From assembly GCA_945956975.1 (NCBI GenBank), contig CAMFKC010000001.1:1-40046 (forward strand): a stretch of 40,046 bases of DNA, given 5' to 3'. Below the pieces are notes generated by a model. The model saw only the letters and a list, made by a program, of their open reading frames with translations. It was not told where the DNA came from and did not search any database. The first letter of the stretch is position 1; each line of letters begins with the position of its first letter. This stretch comes from an uncultured Methylocystaceae bacterium (GTDB taxonomy: Bacteria > Pseudomonadota > Alphaproteobacteria > Rhizobiales > Beijerinckiaceae). The position numbers and the translations under genes were made by a program. Positions 19,268-28,494 of the stretch are shown here, one piece after another.

Positions 19268-20243
19268 AATCACCCTTTCCAAGGCCGTCAACGAGGCAAT
19301 CGCCGAGGAGATGCGCCGCGATCCCTCGATCTTCCTGATCGGCGAGGACGTCGCCGAGGCCGGTACGCCCTTCAAGGTGCTCTCCGGCCTCGTCGAGGAG
19401 TTCGGCCCGGACCGCATCATCGACACCCCCATTTCCGAACCCGGCTTCATGGGCATGGCGGTGGGCGCGGCGATAACGGGCAGCCGCCCGATCGTCGACC
19501 TGATGTTCGGCGACTTCATCTTCCTCGTCATGGACCAGCTCTGCAACCAGGCGGCCAAGACGCATTACATGTCGGGCGGCAAGCTGAAGGTGCCGCTCGT
19601 GCTGCGCACCAATCTCGGCGCTACCCGCCGCTCGGCCGCCCAGCACAGCCAGTCGCTGCATGCGCTCGTCGCGCATATTCCCGGCCTCAAGGTCGCGCTG
19701 CCGTCCTCGGCCTACGAGGCGAAGGGCCTCCTGAAGACGGCGATCCGCGACGACAACCCGGTCGTCATCTTCGAAGACAAGCTGATGTACCAGGAAAAGG
19801 CCGGCGTGCCCGAGGAGGAATATCTCATCCCCTTCGGTGTCGCCAACGTGAAGCGCGAGGGGCGCGACGTAACGCTCATTGCCACGTCCTCCATGGTGCA
19901 GGTCGCCGAAAAGGCGGCCGACATGCTCGCGGCCGAAGGTATTTCGGCCGAGGTCATCGACCCGCGCACGATCGTGCCGCTCGACGAGGAGACGCTGCTC
20001 GCCTCCGCGCGCAAGACCGGGCGCGTCGTCGTCATCGACGAGGGGCACCAGAGCTACGGCGTCACCGCCGAGATCGCCAGCCGCATCGGGGACAAGGCCT
20101 TCTACCATCTTGACGCGCCGGTGCAGCGCATGGGCGCCATGGATGTCCCGGTTCCCTTCTCGCCGGCGCTGGAGGACCTGACGGTGCCGACGCCGGATGG
20201 CGTAGCTGCGCGGGCGCGGGCGCTCGTACGCGGGGAGATCTGA
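19260..20243 (+). CDS. 2-oxoacid/acetoin dehydrogenase E1 beta subunit
   Basis: The ATG overlaps the E1 alpha 3' end. Transketolase-like pyrimidine-binding motifs (IGEDV, DTPISE.GF.G.A.GAA..G.RP) and the C-terminal domain are present. Confidence 0.9.
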   Translation: MREITLSKAVNEAIAEEMRRDPSIFLIGEDVAEAGTPFKVLSGLVEEFGPDRIIDTPISEPGFMGMAVGAAITGSRPIVDLMFGDFIFLVMDQLCNQAAKTHYMSGGKLKVPLVLRTNLGATRRSAAQHSQSLHALVAHIPGLKVALPSSAYEAKGLLKTAIRDDNPVVIFEDKLMYQEKAGVPEEEYLIPFGVANVKREGRDVTLIATSSMVQVAEKAADMLAAEGISAEVIDPRTIVPLDEETLLASARKTGRVVVIDEGHQSYGVTAEIASRIGDKAFYHLDAPVQRMGAMDVPVPFSPALEDLTVPTPDGVAARARALVRGEI

Positions 20244-20245
20244 CC

Positions 20246-21214
20246 ATGGCGAACGATGTCATCATGCCGGCGCTCGGCATGGCCCAGACCTCCGGCGTGA
20301 TCGTCAACTGGCTGAAGGCCACCGGTGACGCGGTGGCCGAAGGCGATCCGCTGATGGAGGTGGAGACCGACAAGGCGGTCATGGAGGTCCAGGCGCTCGC
20401 CTCCGGCTTCCTGATCGAGATCCTGCATCCCGCCGGTGCCGATGTCCCGGTCGGGGAGGTGATCGCCCGCATCGGCGCGAGCGCGGATGCGGTGGTTTCG
20501 GCGAAAAAGCCGGAGCCGGCGCCCGCCGTGGCGGCGGAAGCACCGGCCCGCGCGGTTGACGCAGCCGCTTCGCCCGAACCGGTGCGCAAGGCGCCCGCAC
20601 AGCCGGCCCAGGCGGGCAAAGTATTGGCCTCTCCCAAGGCGCGCCGGCTGGCCGACGAGCGCGGCGTCGATCTTCGCCGCCTCGTCGGCCAGGGCATCAC
20701 CGAGCCCATCCACGTCGCCGATCTCGACCGCTATGTCGCCGTTCCTGCGCCACAGGCCGCAGGCGCCGCGCTGAACGAGATCCTTGCCACCCTTCCGGCG
20801 GATGCGCTCCGGCAATTCGCCGACTGGGCCGAACGGGAAGCCGGGGTCTCGGCCGCCGCGCTGCTGGCGGCGCTTGCCGGCTCCGCGCTCGGCCGGCCGG
20901 CGACGATCCGCGTCGAGCACCGCCATGCGGCGCATGTCTACGACATCGGCGCCCGCCCGTCGCTCGGCGGGCTTGCCGCACGGGACGACGGGCAGGCCGA
21001 ATCGGCCCTCATCCTGCGTGACCTGAGGGGAAGCCGCATCGGGCGGGCAAGGCTGGCGGCCGATCTCGCCCCGGTGCTGACTCTTGCCGACGATGAGGAC
21101 CGGCTTTCCGTGACGCTCACCTTCACGGGCGACCGTTTGGGAACGGAGGATGCCTTCGCCCTGATCGACGCCTTTGCGGCGCGGGTGGAAAACCCGATGC
21201 GCCTGCTTCTCTAG
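20246..21214 (+). CDS. Lipoyl-carrier / E3-binding protein with a degenerate, His-less acyltransferase core (E3BP-like)
   Basis: Lipoyl domain with the VETDKAVMEV lipoyl-lysine motif, an Ala/Pro linker, and a peripheral-subunit-binding domain ASPKARRLADERGVDLRRLVGQG. The short C-terminal region ends ...TFTGDRLGTEDAFALIDAFAARVENPMRLLL. This aligns with the E2 DHR..G motif, but the catalytic His is absent. Confidence 0.75.
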   Translation: MANDVIMPALGMAQTSGVIVNWLKATGDAVAEGDPLMEVETDKAVMEVQALASGFLIEILHPAGADVPVGEVIARIGASADAVVSAKKPEPAPAVAAEAPARAVDAAASPEPVRKAPAQPAQAGKVLASPKARRLADERGVDLRRLVGQGITEPIHVADLDRYVAVPAPQAAGAALNEILATLPADALRQFADWAEREAGVSAAALLAALAGSALGRPATIRVEHRHAAHVYDIGARPSLGGLAARDDGQAESALILRDLRGSRIGRARLAADLAPVLTLADDEDRLSVTLTFTGDRLGTEDAFALIDAFAARVENPMRLLL

Positions 21215-21227
21215 GAGGAACCCCAAG

Positions 21228-22658
21228 ATGTTCCAGACCGAACTCTATATCAACGGCCAATGGCGCCCCGCCTCGGAAGGCGCCCGCTTCGACGTGCTGA
21301 ACCCCGCCGACGAGACCGTGCTCGCGTCCGTCGCCTCCGGGACGGTGGAGGATGCCAGGGCGGCCGTCGATGCTGCGGCGGAGGCGATGAAGGGCTGGGC
21401 GGCGAAGACGCCGCGCGCCCGCGCCGAGATCCTGCGCAAGGCCTTCGAGCTGATGACGGCGCGGCTGGAGGATTTCGCCCGGCTGATCACGCTGGAAAAC
21501 GGCAAGGCGCGTGCCGACGCCATGGGCGAGGCCGCCTATGCGGCGGAATTCTTCCGCTGGTTTTCGGAAGAGGCCGTGCGGGGCGAGGGGCTGCTTGCCC
21601 GTGCGCCGGCCTCGGGCGCGCGCATCCTGGTGCAGCAGCGGCCCGCCGGCGTGGCGGTGCTCGTTACCCCGTGGAACTATCCGGCCGCGATGGGAACGCG
21701 CAAGATCGCGCCTGCGCTCGCCGCGGGTTGCTCCGTTGTCATCAAGCCGGCGTCGGAAACGCCGCTCACCATGCTCGCCTTGATGCCACTCCTCGAAGAG
21801 GCGGGCGTGCCGCCAGGCGTCGTCAACGTCCTGCCTTCCCGCTCGTCCGGTGCGGTGGTCGATGCGATGCTGCGCGATCCGCGCGTGCGCGTCGTCTCGT
21901 TCACCGGTTCCACCGCCGTCGGGCGCAAGCTCCTGCATTCGGCGGCCGAACAGGTGCTCAAGCCCGCGATGGAGCTTGGCGGCAATGCCCCGGTCATCGT
22001 TTTCGAGGATGCCGATATCGATGTTGCCGTCGAGGGCGCGATGCTCGCCAAGATGCGCAACCTCGGCGAAGCCTGCACGGCGGCCAACCGCTTCTATGTG
22101 CATGAGGATGTCGCCGACGCCTTCGTCGATCGCTTCACCGCCCGCATGGCCGCGCTCAAGGTCGGCAACGGCATCGAGGCCGGCGTCGATGTCGGCCCGC
22201 TCGTCAATGCCGATACACGCGACAAGGTGGCCGCCTTCGTCGCCGATGCCGTGGCGAAGGGCGCGAAGGTCCGCCTCGGCGGGAAAGTGCCCGACGGCAA
22301 GGGCTTCTTCTATTCGCCGACGGTGCTGACCGACGTGCCCGACAACGCGGCCTGCGTCGGCGACGAGATCTTCGGCCCCGTCGCCGCCATCCAGACGTTC
22401 CGCGAGGAGGGCGAGGTCATCCGCCGCGCCAACGACACGGAATACGGCCTCGTGGCCTACGTCTTCACCCGCGACATGGCGCGAGGGCTGCGGGTCAGCG
22501 AACAGCTCGATTTCGGCATGATCGGCCTCAATCGTGGGCTCGTCTCCGATCCGGCCGCGCCCTTTGGGGGCATGAAGCAGTCCGGGCTCGGGCGTGAAGG
22601 GGGGCATGAGGGCATGCTCGAATTCATGGAGACCCAATATATCTCGGCGAGCTGGTGA
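21228..22658 (+). CDS. NAD(P)-dependent aldehyde dehydrogenase (succinate-semialdehyde dehydrogenase GabD-like)
   Basis: ATG 21228 follows TAGGAGGA. ALDH motifs VTPWNYP, FTGST.VG, catalytic Glu in MELGGNAP and catalytic Cys in GEACTAANR; C-terminal PFGG.K.SG.GREG. Confidence 0.88.
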   Translation: MFQTELYINGQWRPASEGARFDVLNPADETVLASVASGTVEDARAAVDAAAEAMKGWAAKTPRARAEILRKAFELMTARLEDFARLITLENGKARADAMGEAAYAAEFFRWFSEEAVRGEGLLARAPASGARILVQQRPAGVAVLVTPWNYPAAMGTRKIAPALAAGCSVVIKPASETPLTMLALMPLLEEAGVPPGVVNVLPSRSSGAVVDAMLRDPRVRVVSFTGSTAVGRKLLHSAAEQVLKPAMELGGNAPVIVFEDADIDVAVEGAMLAKMRNLGEACTAANRFYVHEDVADAFVDRFTARMAALKVGNGIEAGVDVGPLVNADTRDKVAAFVADAVAKGAKVRLGGKVPDGKGFFYSPTVLTDVPDNAACVGDEIFGPVAAIQTFREEGEVIRRANDTEYGLVAYVFTRDMARGLRVSEQLDFGMIGLNRGLVSDPAAPFGGMKQSGLGREGGHEGMLEFMETQYISASW

Positions 22659-22665
22659 GGCAACG

Positions 22666-23550
22666 ATGGTCGATTTCGTGGCAAGTCCCGCAACCCGCGC
22701 CTACGCCGCGCAAAAGGGCGTCGATCTGTCGGCGCTCGCGGCCGAGACGGGGCGGACGAACCTCGCGCGCGAGGATGTCGAGCGAAAGCTTTCAGGGGCG
22801 GCGCCCGTCGCCGTGAATACGGCCGATCCCTGGGCGGTGGACCATGGCCAGTGGGGGCCGGTTCGCCACGAGCCGCTGTCGAAGCTGATGCAGCTCGGCG
22901 CGGCCAACCTGTCGGTGGCGCAGCGCCTCATCCCGGCCGTGACCCATCACGACGAGGCGGAGATGGATGCCGTCGAGGCGCTCCGGGCCGGGCTTCGGGC
23001 CGATGCCGCGGAAAAGGGCGTGAAGCTGACGGCGCTCGCCTTTCATGTGCTGGCGCTCGCCGCGTGCCTGAAGGCCTTCCCGCGCTTCAACGCATCGCTG
23101 ACGGCGGACGGCACGGCGCTCGTCCTGAAGGACTATGTGCATATCGGCGTCGCCGTCGATACGCCGAACGGCCTGATGGTCCCGGTCATCCGCGATGCCG
23201 ACCGCAAGGGTCTCCTTGCGGTCGCAGCGGAGATCGCCGACCTTGCCGCCCGCGCGCAGGCGCGAAAAATCCGGCCGGACGAGATGGGCGGCGCGTCCAT
23301 GTCCATTTCCAGCCTCGGCGGCATCGGCGGCAGCGCCTTCACGCCGATCGTCAATCCGCCGGAAGTGGCGATCCTCGGCATCACGCGCGCGCAGATGCAG
23401 CCGCACTGGAACGGCGAGGCTTTCGAGCCGCGCCTGACCGTCCCGCTCGACCTCTCCTACGACCATCGCGCGATCAACGGGGCCGATGCGGCGCGCTTCC
23501 TGTCGTTCTACGCGCGGCTGATCGCTGATCCGCGCCGCCTGCTGCTGTGA
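22666..23550 (+). CDS. 2-oxoacid dehydrogenase E2 acyltransferase, catalytic core with E3-binding domain but no lipoyl domain
   Basis: The N-terminus is directly a PSBD (ASPATRAYAAQKGVDLSAL...AREDVE). A full catalytic domain follows, with the active-site motif SYDHRAINGADAARFL and C-terminal DPRRLLL. No lipoyl-lysine motif upstream in frame. Confidence 0.8.
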   Translation: MVDFVASPATRAYAAQKGVDLSALAAETGRTNLAREDVERKLSGAAPVAVNTADPWAVDHGQWGPVRHEPLSKLMQLGAANLSVAQRLIPAVTHHDEAEMDAVEALRAGLRADAAEKGVKLTALAFHVLALAACLKAFPRFNASLTADGTALVLKDYVHIGVAVDTPNGLMVPVIRDADRKGLLAVAAEIADLAARAQARKIRPDEMGGASMSISSLGGIGGSAFTPIVNPPEVAILGITRAQMQPHWNGEAFEPRLTVPLDLSYDHRAINGADAARFLSFYARLIADPRRLLL

Positions 23551-23557
23551 GGAACGC

Positions 23558-24937
23558 ATGACACGGAAAGTCGATTTTCTGGTGATCGGGGCGGGGCCGG
23601 GCGGCTATGCCGCCGCCTTCCGCGCCGCCGATCTCGGCCGAAAGGTGGTGCTGGTCGATGCCCGGGCGACGCTCGGCGGCGTCTGCCTCAACGAGGGCTG
23701 CATCCCGTCGAAGGCGCTGCTGCACGCCGCGGCCATTCTGCACGAGATGAGCGAGGCGAAGGACTGGGGAATCGCCGTGGAAGAGCGGCCACCGATCGAT
23801 CTTGAAAGGCTGCGGGCGCGAAAGGACGGGATCGTCACCACCCTCACGGGTGGTCTTGCCGGCCTGGCGCGCCGGCGCAAGGTCGAGGTGATCCAGGGTT
23901 TTGCCCGCTTCGGCGGGCCCGACCGCGTCGTCGTCGGCGACGAGGAACTGCAGTTTGCAGATTGTGTCATCGCCACAGGCTCCGCGCCGGTACGCCTGCC
24001 CAGCTGGCCGGAGGATTCGCGGATCTGGGACAGCACGGCCGCGCTGGAGCTGCGTGGCGTTCCGGACCGGCTGGCCGTCGTCGGGGGCGGCATCATCGGG
24101 CTGGAAATGGCGACGGTCTATGCCGCGCTGGGCTCGGCCGTGACGGTCGTCGAGCTCGGCCCGCAGATCGTTCCCGGTGCCGATGGCGAGGCCGCCTCGA
24201 TCCTGCGGGCGTCGCTGGAGGCCTCGGGCTGCCGGATCCTGACCGACACGCGCGTCACGGCGATAACGCCGGGCAAGGAAACCGTCGGCCTCGAGCTTTC
24301 GGGCGCGGTGGAGGAGCATGTCGAGGCCGATGCCGTCATACAGGCCGTCGGGCGCCGGGCGGATGCCGCCGCGCTCGACCTTGCCAAGGCAGGACTGGAG
24401 GCGAGGGCGGACGGAACGCTGGCCGTCGATCCCTACGGTCGCACCGGCAAGGCGAACATCTACGCGATCGGCGACGTCACCGGCGGGCCGATGCTCGCCC
24501 ACCGGGCGACGCATCAGGGCAAGATCGCCGCCGAGCTTGCCTCGGGGCATCATCCCGCGCCGCTTTCCGCCCTCATCCCCTCGGTCGCCTATACCCGGCC
24601 GGAGCTCGCCTGGATCGGCCAGAGCCTCGATCAGGCCAGGGCGGCGGGCGTGAAGGCAAGGGCGGCAAGCTTTCCCTGGCAGGCAAGCGGCCGGAACCTC
24701 ACCTCGGGGGCCGGGGCCGGGCTGACGCGGCTCGTCTATTGCGAGGAGAGCAAGCGCCTGCTTGGCGCGACGCTGGTCGGAACCAATGCCGGCGAGCTCC
24801 TGTCGGAGCTGACGCTGGCAATCGAGATGGGTGCGCGGCTGGAGGACGTCGCGCTGACGGTCCACGCCCATCCAACCCTGTCGGAGACGGTGGCCTTTGC
24901 GGCCGAGCGCGCGCTCGGCACGCTGACCGATCTCTGA
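23558..24937 (+). CDS. lpdA: Dihydrolipoyl dehydrogenase (E3)
   Basis: FAD motif VIGAGPGGYAAA, redox-active disulfide GGVCLNEGCIPSK, NAD motif VVGGGIIGLE, and C-terminal interface motif HAHPTLSE. Confidence 0.92.
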   Translation: MTRKVDFLVIGAGPGGYAAAFRAADLGRKVVLVDARATLGGVCLNEGCIPSKALLHAAAILHEMSEAKDWGIAVEERPPIDLERLRARKDGIVTTLTGGLAGLARRRKVEVIQGFARFGGPDRVVVGDEELQFADCVIATGSAPVRLPSWPEDSRIWDSTAALELRGVPDRLAVVGGGIIGLEMATVYAALGSAVTVVELGPQIVPGADGEAASILRASLEASGCRILTDTRVTAITPGKETVGLELSGAVEEHVEADAVIQAVGRRADAAALDLAKAGLEARADGTLAVDPYGRTGKANIYAIGDVTGGPMLAHRATHQGKIAAELASGHHPAPLSALIPSVAYTRPELAWIGQSLDQARAAGVKARAASFPWQASGRNLTSGAGAGLTRLVYCEESKRLLGATLVGTNAGELLSELTLAIEMGARLEDVALTVHAHPTLSETVAFAAERALGTLTDL

Positions 24938-24959
24938 CGGCGACATAGGGAGGAATGAA

Positions 24960-25913
24960 ATGAGCTGGAAATCGGGCGCGGCCGCGGGCCTGCGCCAGGG
25001 CGGGCTATGGGTCGGCTTCGTGCTGTTCATGGCAATCGTGGCGATCAACGCGCCGGCCTTCCTGAGCCCGGGCAACCTTCTGGACGTGCTGCGCCAGGTC
25101 TCGATCACGGGCACGATAGCGCTCGGCGTGACCTTCGTCGTCATCGCGGGCCGGCTGGATCTTTCCGTCGGTTCGGGCCTGACGCTCCTGACGATCATCA
25201 TCGTCGACCAGCACAACCACGCGGGTCCGGCGGGCGCGATCGCGCTGACGCTGCTCGCCGGCCTTGCCATCGGCGCCTGGAACGGCCTTCTCGTCGGTTT
25301 CCTGCGGTTCAACGCGCTCATCGTCACGCTCGCCATGCTGTCGGTGCTGCAGGGCCTCGCGCTCTGGTATTCCGGCGGCTCGAACGTGAGCGTTTCAAGC
25401 CCGGGATGGTTCGCGGTCTTCGGCCGCGGGACCTGGCTCGGCATTCCGGTTCCCGTCCTGCTCATGCTGGCCGGGGCGGCGCTCGCCGCATTCCTCCTCC
25501 GGCGCACCGCGTTCGGCCGGGCGGTCTTCGCCGTCGGCGGCAACGAGACGGCGGCGCTCTTTTCCGGCATCTCGCCCGCGCGTACCGTGTTCCTCGCCTA
25601 TCTGCTGAGCGGCTTTTCCACAGCGCTCGGCGCAATCATCATGGGCAGCCGCGTCATGGGCGCGCAAAGCACCATCGGCCAGGGCTACGAGCTGAACGTG
25701 CTTGCCGGCATCATCCTCGGCGGCACCTCGCTGATGGGCGGAGCGGGCAGCATCTGGCGCACGCTCTGGGGCGTGCTGATGCTCGGCTTCATCCAAAACG
25801 GGCTCATCCTGATGGGCTTTCCGTTCTATGCGCAGTGGCTCGTCACCTGGGGTGTCATCATCGCGGCGGTCTGGATCGACCTTGCCGCCAAGCGGGGGAG
25901 GATGCTGGCATGA
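24960..25913 (+). CDS. Sugar ABC transporter permease (CUT2)
   Basis: Multi-TM protein with AGRLDLSVGS and LGGTSLMGGAGS motifs. Paralog of CDS 5216..6190, with an almost identical C-terminus (QWLVTW.VII.AVW.D.AAKRGRM). Confidence 0.9.
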   Translation: MSWKSGAAAGLRQGGLWVGFVLFMAIVAINAPAFLSPGNLLDVLRQVSITGTIALGVTFVVIAGRLDLSVGSGLTLLTIIIVDQHNHAGPAGAIALTLLAGLAIGAWNGLLVGFLRFNALIVTLAMLSVLQGLALWYSGGSNVSVSSPGWFAVFGRGTWLGIPVPVLLMLAGAALAAFLLRRTAFGRAVFAVGGNETAALFSGISPARTVFLAYLLSGFSTALGAIIMGSRVMGAQSTIGQGYELNVLAGIILGGTSLMGGAGSIWRTLWGVLMLGFIQNGLILMGFPFYAQWLVTWGVIIAAVWIDLAAKRGRMLA

Positions 25914-26869
25914 ACGGCACCACCGTCCGGCGGCTCGCCGCCGATCACTATGTCTGGATGCTGCTCGCGCTGGTCTGCGTCTTCTTCGCTCTCCTGTCGC
26001 CGCATTTCCTGACGGCGTTCAACATCGGCAACGTGCTGACGCAATCGGCATTCATCGGCCTCTTGGCCATCGGCATGACGCTGGTGATCCTGAACGGCGA
26101 GATCGATCTTTCGGTCGGCGCCACGCTCGCCCTTTCCGCCGCCCTGGCGATCGGGCTGCAGAACAGCGGCTGGCCGACGAGCGCGGCCATCGCGGCGGGC
26201 CTTCTCGCCGGCACGGCGCTCGGCTTTATCAACGGCGCGGTCGTCGTCGCCTCCGGCATGCATTCCTTCGTGGTCACGCTCGGCGCGCTGATCGGCATTC
26301 GCGGGCTCGTCTTCGTCTACACCAAGGGCAATGCGCTGCTGGTCGAGGATTTCACCTATGCGGACCTTCTGGAGGTCCATGTCGGCCCGGTCTCGCTGAC
26401 GGCGATCATCTTCCTCGGCATGCTCGCCTTCTTCCAGTGGCTGCTCTCGGCCAGCCGCCACGGACGCGAGGCCTATGCGGTGGGGGATAACCCCGAAGCC
26501 GCGCGGGACGCGGGCGTCAAGGTCGGCCGCCACAAGATCATCAACTTCACCATTTCGGGCTTCCTGGCGGCGCTCTGCGGCATTCTCCTGTCGATCCGCC
26601 TCGGCACGGCCGAGCCGCAGGCCGGCCGTATCTGGGAATTGTGGACCATTATCGCCGTCGTGCTGGGCGGCACGCGGCTGCAAGGCGGCGTCGGCAGCCT
26701 GTGGAAGACGCTCGGCGGCGTGCTCGTCCTCGCCGTGCTCCAGAATGGCCTGCGGCTTCTCAACACGCCCAACCATGTCGAGCTGATCGTCATGGGCGTG
26801 ATCCTGATGATCGCGCTCGGCATCGACCGATTGATGACCCTGCTGCGCGCAAGAGAGAGGACAGCATGA
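25910..26869 (+). CDS. Sugar ABC transporter permease (CUT2)
   Basis: ATG 25910 overlaps the upstream stop (ATGA). The CDS is embedded in the 3' part of the artefactual 620-aa ORF 25007..26869. LNGEIDLSVGA and LGGTRLQGGVGS motifs. Paralog of CDS 4231..5205. Confidence 0.9.
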   Translation: MNGTTVRRLAADHYVWMLLALVCVFFALLSPHFLTAFNIGNVLTQSAFIGLLAIGMTLVILNGEIDLSVGATLALSAALAIGLQNSGWPTSAAIAAGLLAGTALGFINGAVVVASGMHSFVVTLGALIGIRGLVFVYTKGNALLVEDFTYADLLEVHVGPVSLTAIIFLGMLAFFQWLLSASRHGREAYAVGDNPEAARDAGVKVGRHKIINFTISGFLAALCGILLSIRLGTAEPQAGRIWELWTIIAVVLGGTRLQGGVGSLWKTLGGVLVLAVLQNGLRLLNTPNHVELIVMGVILMIALGIDRLMTLLRARERTA

Positions 26870-28356
26870 CCGACCTATTGATGATCCGCGGCGTTTCCAA
26901 GCGCTTTCCCGGCGTGCAGGCGCTGACCGGTGTCGATTTCGATCTCCGGCCGGGTGAGGTCCATGCCCTGATGGGCGAGAACGGCGCCGGCAAGTCGACG
27001 CTGATGAAGATCCTCGCCGGCCTGCAGCCGGCCGACGACGGCGAGATCCTGCACCGGGGCGAGGCGATAGCGCTTCGCAGCCCGCTCGAGGCGCGCGAGC
27101 GGGGCATTCTCCTCATCCACCAGGAGCTTTCTTTGTCGCCAGAACTCTCGGCGGCGGAGAACATCTATCTCGGCGCCTGGCCGACGAACGGCATCGGGCT
27201 CCTGCGCAAGTCGGAGCTGAACAGGCGGGCGGGGGAGGCGCTGAAGGCGCTCGGCTGTGATGTCGGCCCGCGGACCCGTGTCGGGAGCCTTTCCATCGCG
27301 CGCAAGCAGATGGTTGAGATCGCGCGCATCCACGCCTTCAAGGCCAATGTGGTCATTCTCGACGAACCGACCGCCTCGCTGACCGACGCCGAGCGCGACC
27401 AGCTCTTCGCGACGATCCGGGACCTCAAGGCGCGCGGCGTCGGCATCATCTACATCTCCCACAAGATGGACGAGATTTTCACCATCACGGATCGCATCAC
27501 CGTGCTGCGCGACGGTATCGTGCAGGGCACGCTCACCACTAGCGAAACCGATGCGGACCGCGTCACGCAGATGATGATCGGCCGCAAGCTGGACGCTTTC
27601 TTCAGCCGGGCCGAGGAGCGGTTTGGTGAGGAGGTGCTGCGCGTCGAGGGCCTCGGACGCCGGGGCGACTACCACGACGTCTCCTTCTCCGTCCGGCAGG
27701 GCGAAGTGCTGGGGCTCTACGGGCTAATCGGCGCGGGGCGCTCCGAGGTGGTCGAGAGTCTCTTCGGCATCCGCGGGCCCGACCGCGGCAAGCTCTGGTG
27801 GCAGGGGCGGGAGACGGCCTTTCCCTCGCCCCGGCAGGCGATCGACATGGGCCTCTGCCTTACGCCGGAAAACCGCAAGGAGCAGGGCCTGGTGCTCGGT
27901 CTCGGTGGGCGGGACAACATCGTGCTTCCGAGCCTGAAGGCCTTTTCGCGCTTGGGCATCATGCGCCGTTCGCGCGAGCAGGCGGTGTATCTGACCTATC
28001 GCGACCTGCTGCAGATCAAGACGACCGGGCCGGCCACGGCCCTGCGAACGCTTTCCGGCGGCAACCAGCAGAAGTTCGTGCTTGCCAAATGGCTCTGCCG
28101 CAAGCCGAAGCTCCTGATCCTGGACGAGCCGACGCGCGGCATCGACGTCGGCTCCAAGGCGGCGATCCATGCCCTGATCGCGAAGCTTGCGGAGGAGGGG
28201 CTGGCCGTCATCGTCATCTCCTCCGAAATGCCCGAAGTGCTCGGCGTCAGCCACCGCATTCTCACCATGGCCGACGGCCGCCTGACTGGCGAGTTCTCCG
28301 GCGCGGCGATGACTGAGGAAAACCTGATCCGGGCCGTCGCGCATCACGCGGCCTGA
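26866..28356 (+). CDS. Sugar ABC transporter ATP-binding protein, fused double NBD
   Basis: The ATG overlaps the upstream stop (ATGA). Walker A GENGAGKST and GLIGAGRSE, signature LSGGNQQK, Walker B VILDEPT and LILDEPT. Paralog of CDS 2693..4234. Confidence 0.92.
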   Translation: MTDLLMIRGVSKRFPGVQALTGVDFDLRPGEVHALMGENGAGKSTLMKILAGLQPADDGEILHRGEAIALRSPLEARERGILLIHQELSLSPELSAAENIYLGAWPTNGIGLLRKSELNRRAGEALKALGCDVGPRTRVGSLSIARKQMVEIARIHAFKANVVILDEPTASLTDAERDQLFATIRDLKARGVGIIYISHKMDEIFTITDRITVLRDGIVQGTLTTSETDADRVTQMMIGRKLDAFFSRAEERFGEEVLRVEGLGRRGDYHDVSFSVRQGEVLGLYGLIGAGRSEVVESLFGIRGPDRGKLWWQGRETAFPSPRQAIDMGLCLTPENRKEQGLVLGLGGRDNIVLPSLKAFSRLGIMRRSREQAVYLTYRDLLQIKTTGPATALRTLSGGNQQKFVLAKWLCRKPKLLILDEPTRGIDVGSKAAIHALIAKLAEEGLAVIVISSEMPEVLGVSHRILTMADGRLTGEFSGAAMTEENLIRAVAHHAA

Positions 28357-28385
28357 ACGGGTTCCTTCTCTTCAATCGCAGCCAG

Positions 28386-28422
28386 AGACCCTCCGCAGCA
28401 CCGCTGCGGAGGGTCTTTGCTT
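28386..28422 (+). terminator. Rho-independent terminator after the ATPase gene
   Basis: Perfect 13-bp stem AGACCCTCCGCAG / CTGCGGAGGGTCT with a 5-nt loop, followed by TTTGCTT. It begins 30 nt after the stop at 28356. Confidence 0.8.
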
Positions 28423-28440
28423 CCGGGCCTGTAAGGCAAA

Positions 28441-28468
28441 CGAAAACCCCGCGGCGTGAACCGCGGGG
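28441..28468 (-). terminator. Rho-independent terminator after the minus-strand SBP gene
   Basis: On the minus strand: CCCCGCGG-TTCACG-CCGCGGGG followed by TTTTCG. It lies just downstream of the stop at 28495-28497. Confidence 0.75.
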
Positions 28469-28494
28469 CATAGAAACTGTGAAGATAGTTCTTC

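Noticed and set aside
18260-24937. Naming the complex acoABCL (acetoin dehydrogenase) or pdh/bkd.
   Set aside because: The E1ab family and the neighbouring BudC-like SDR are compatible with acetoin-type chemistry. But the E2 is split and partly degenerate, and the ALDH and M24 genes are embedded. Substrate-specific gene symbols would be over-annotation without a search or assay.
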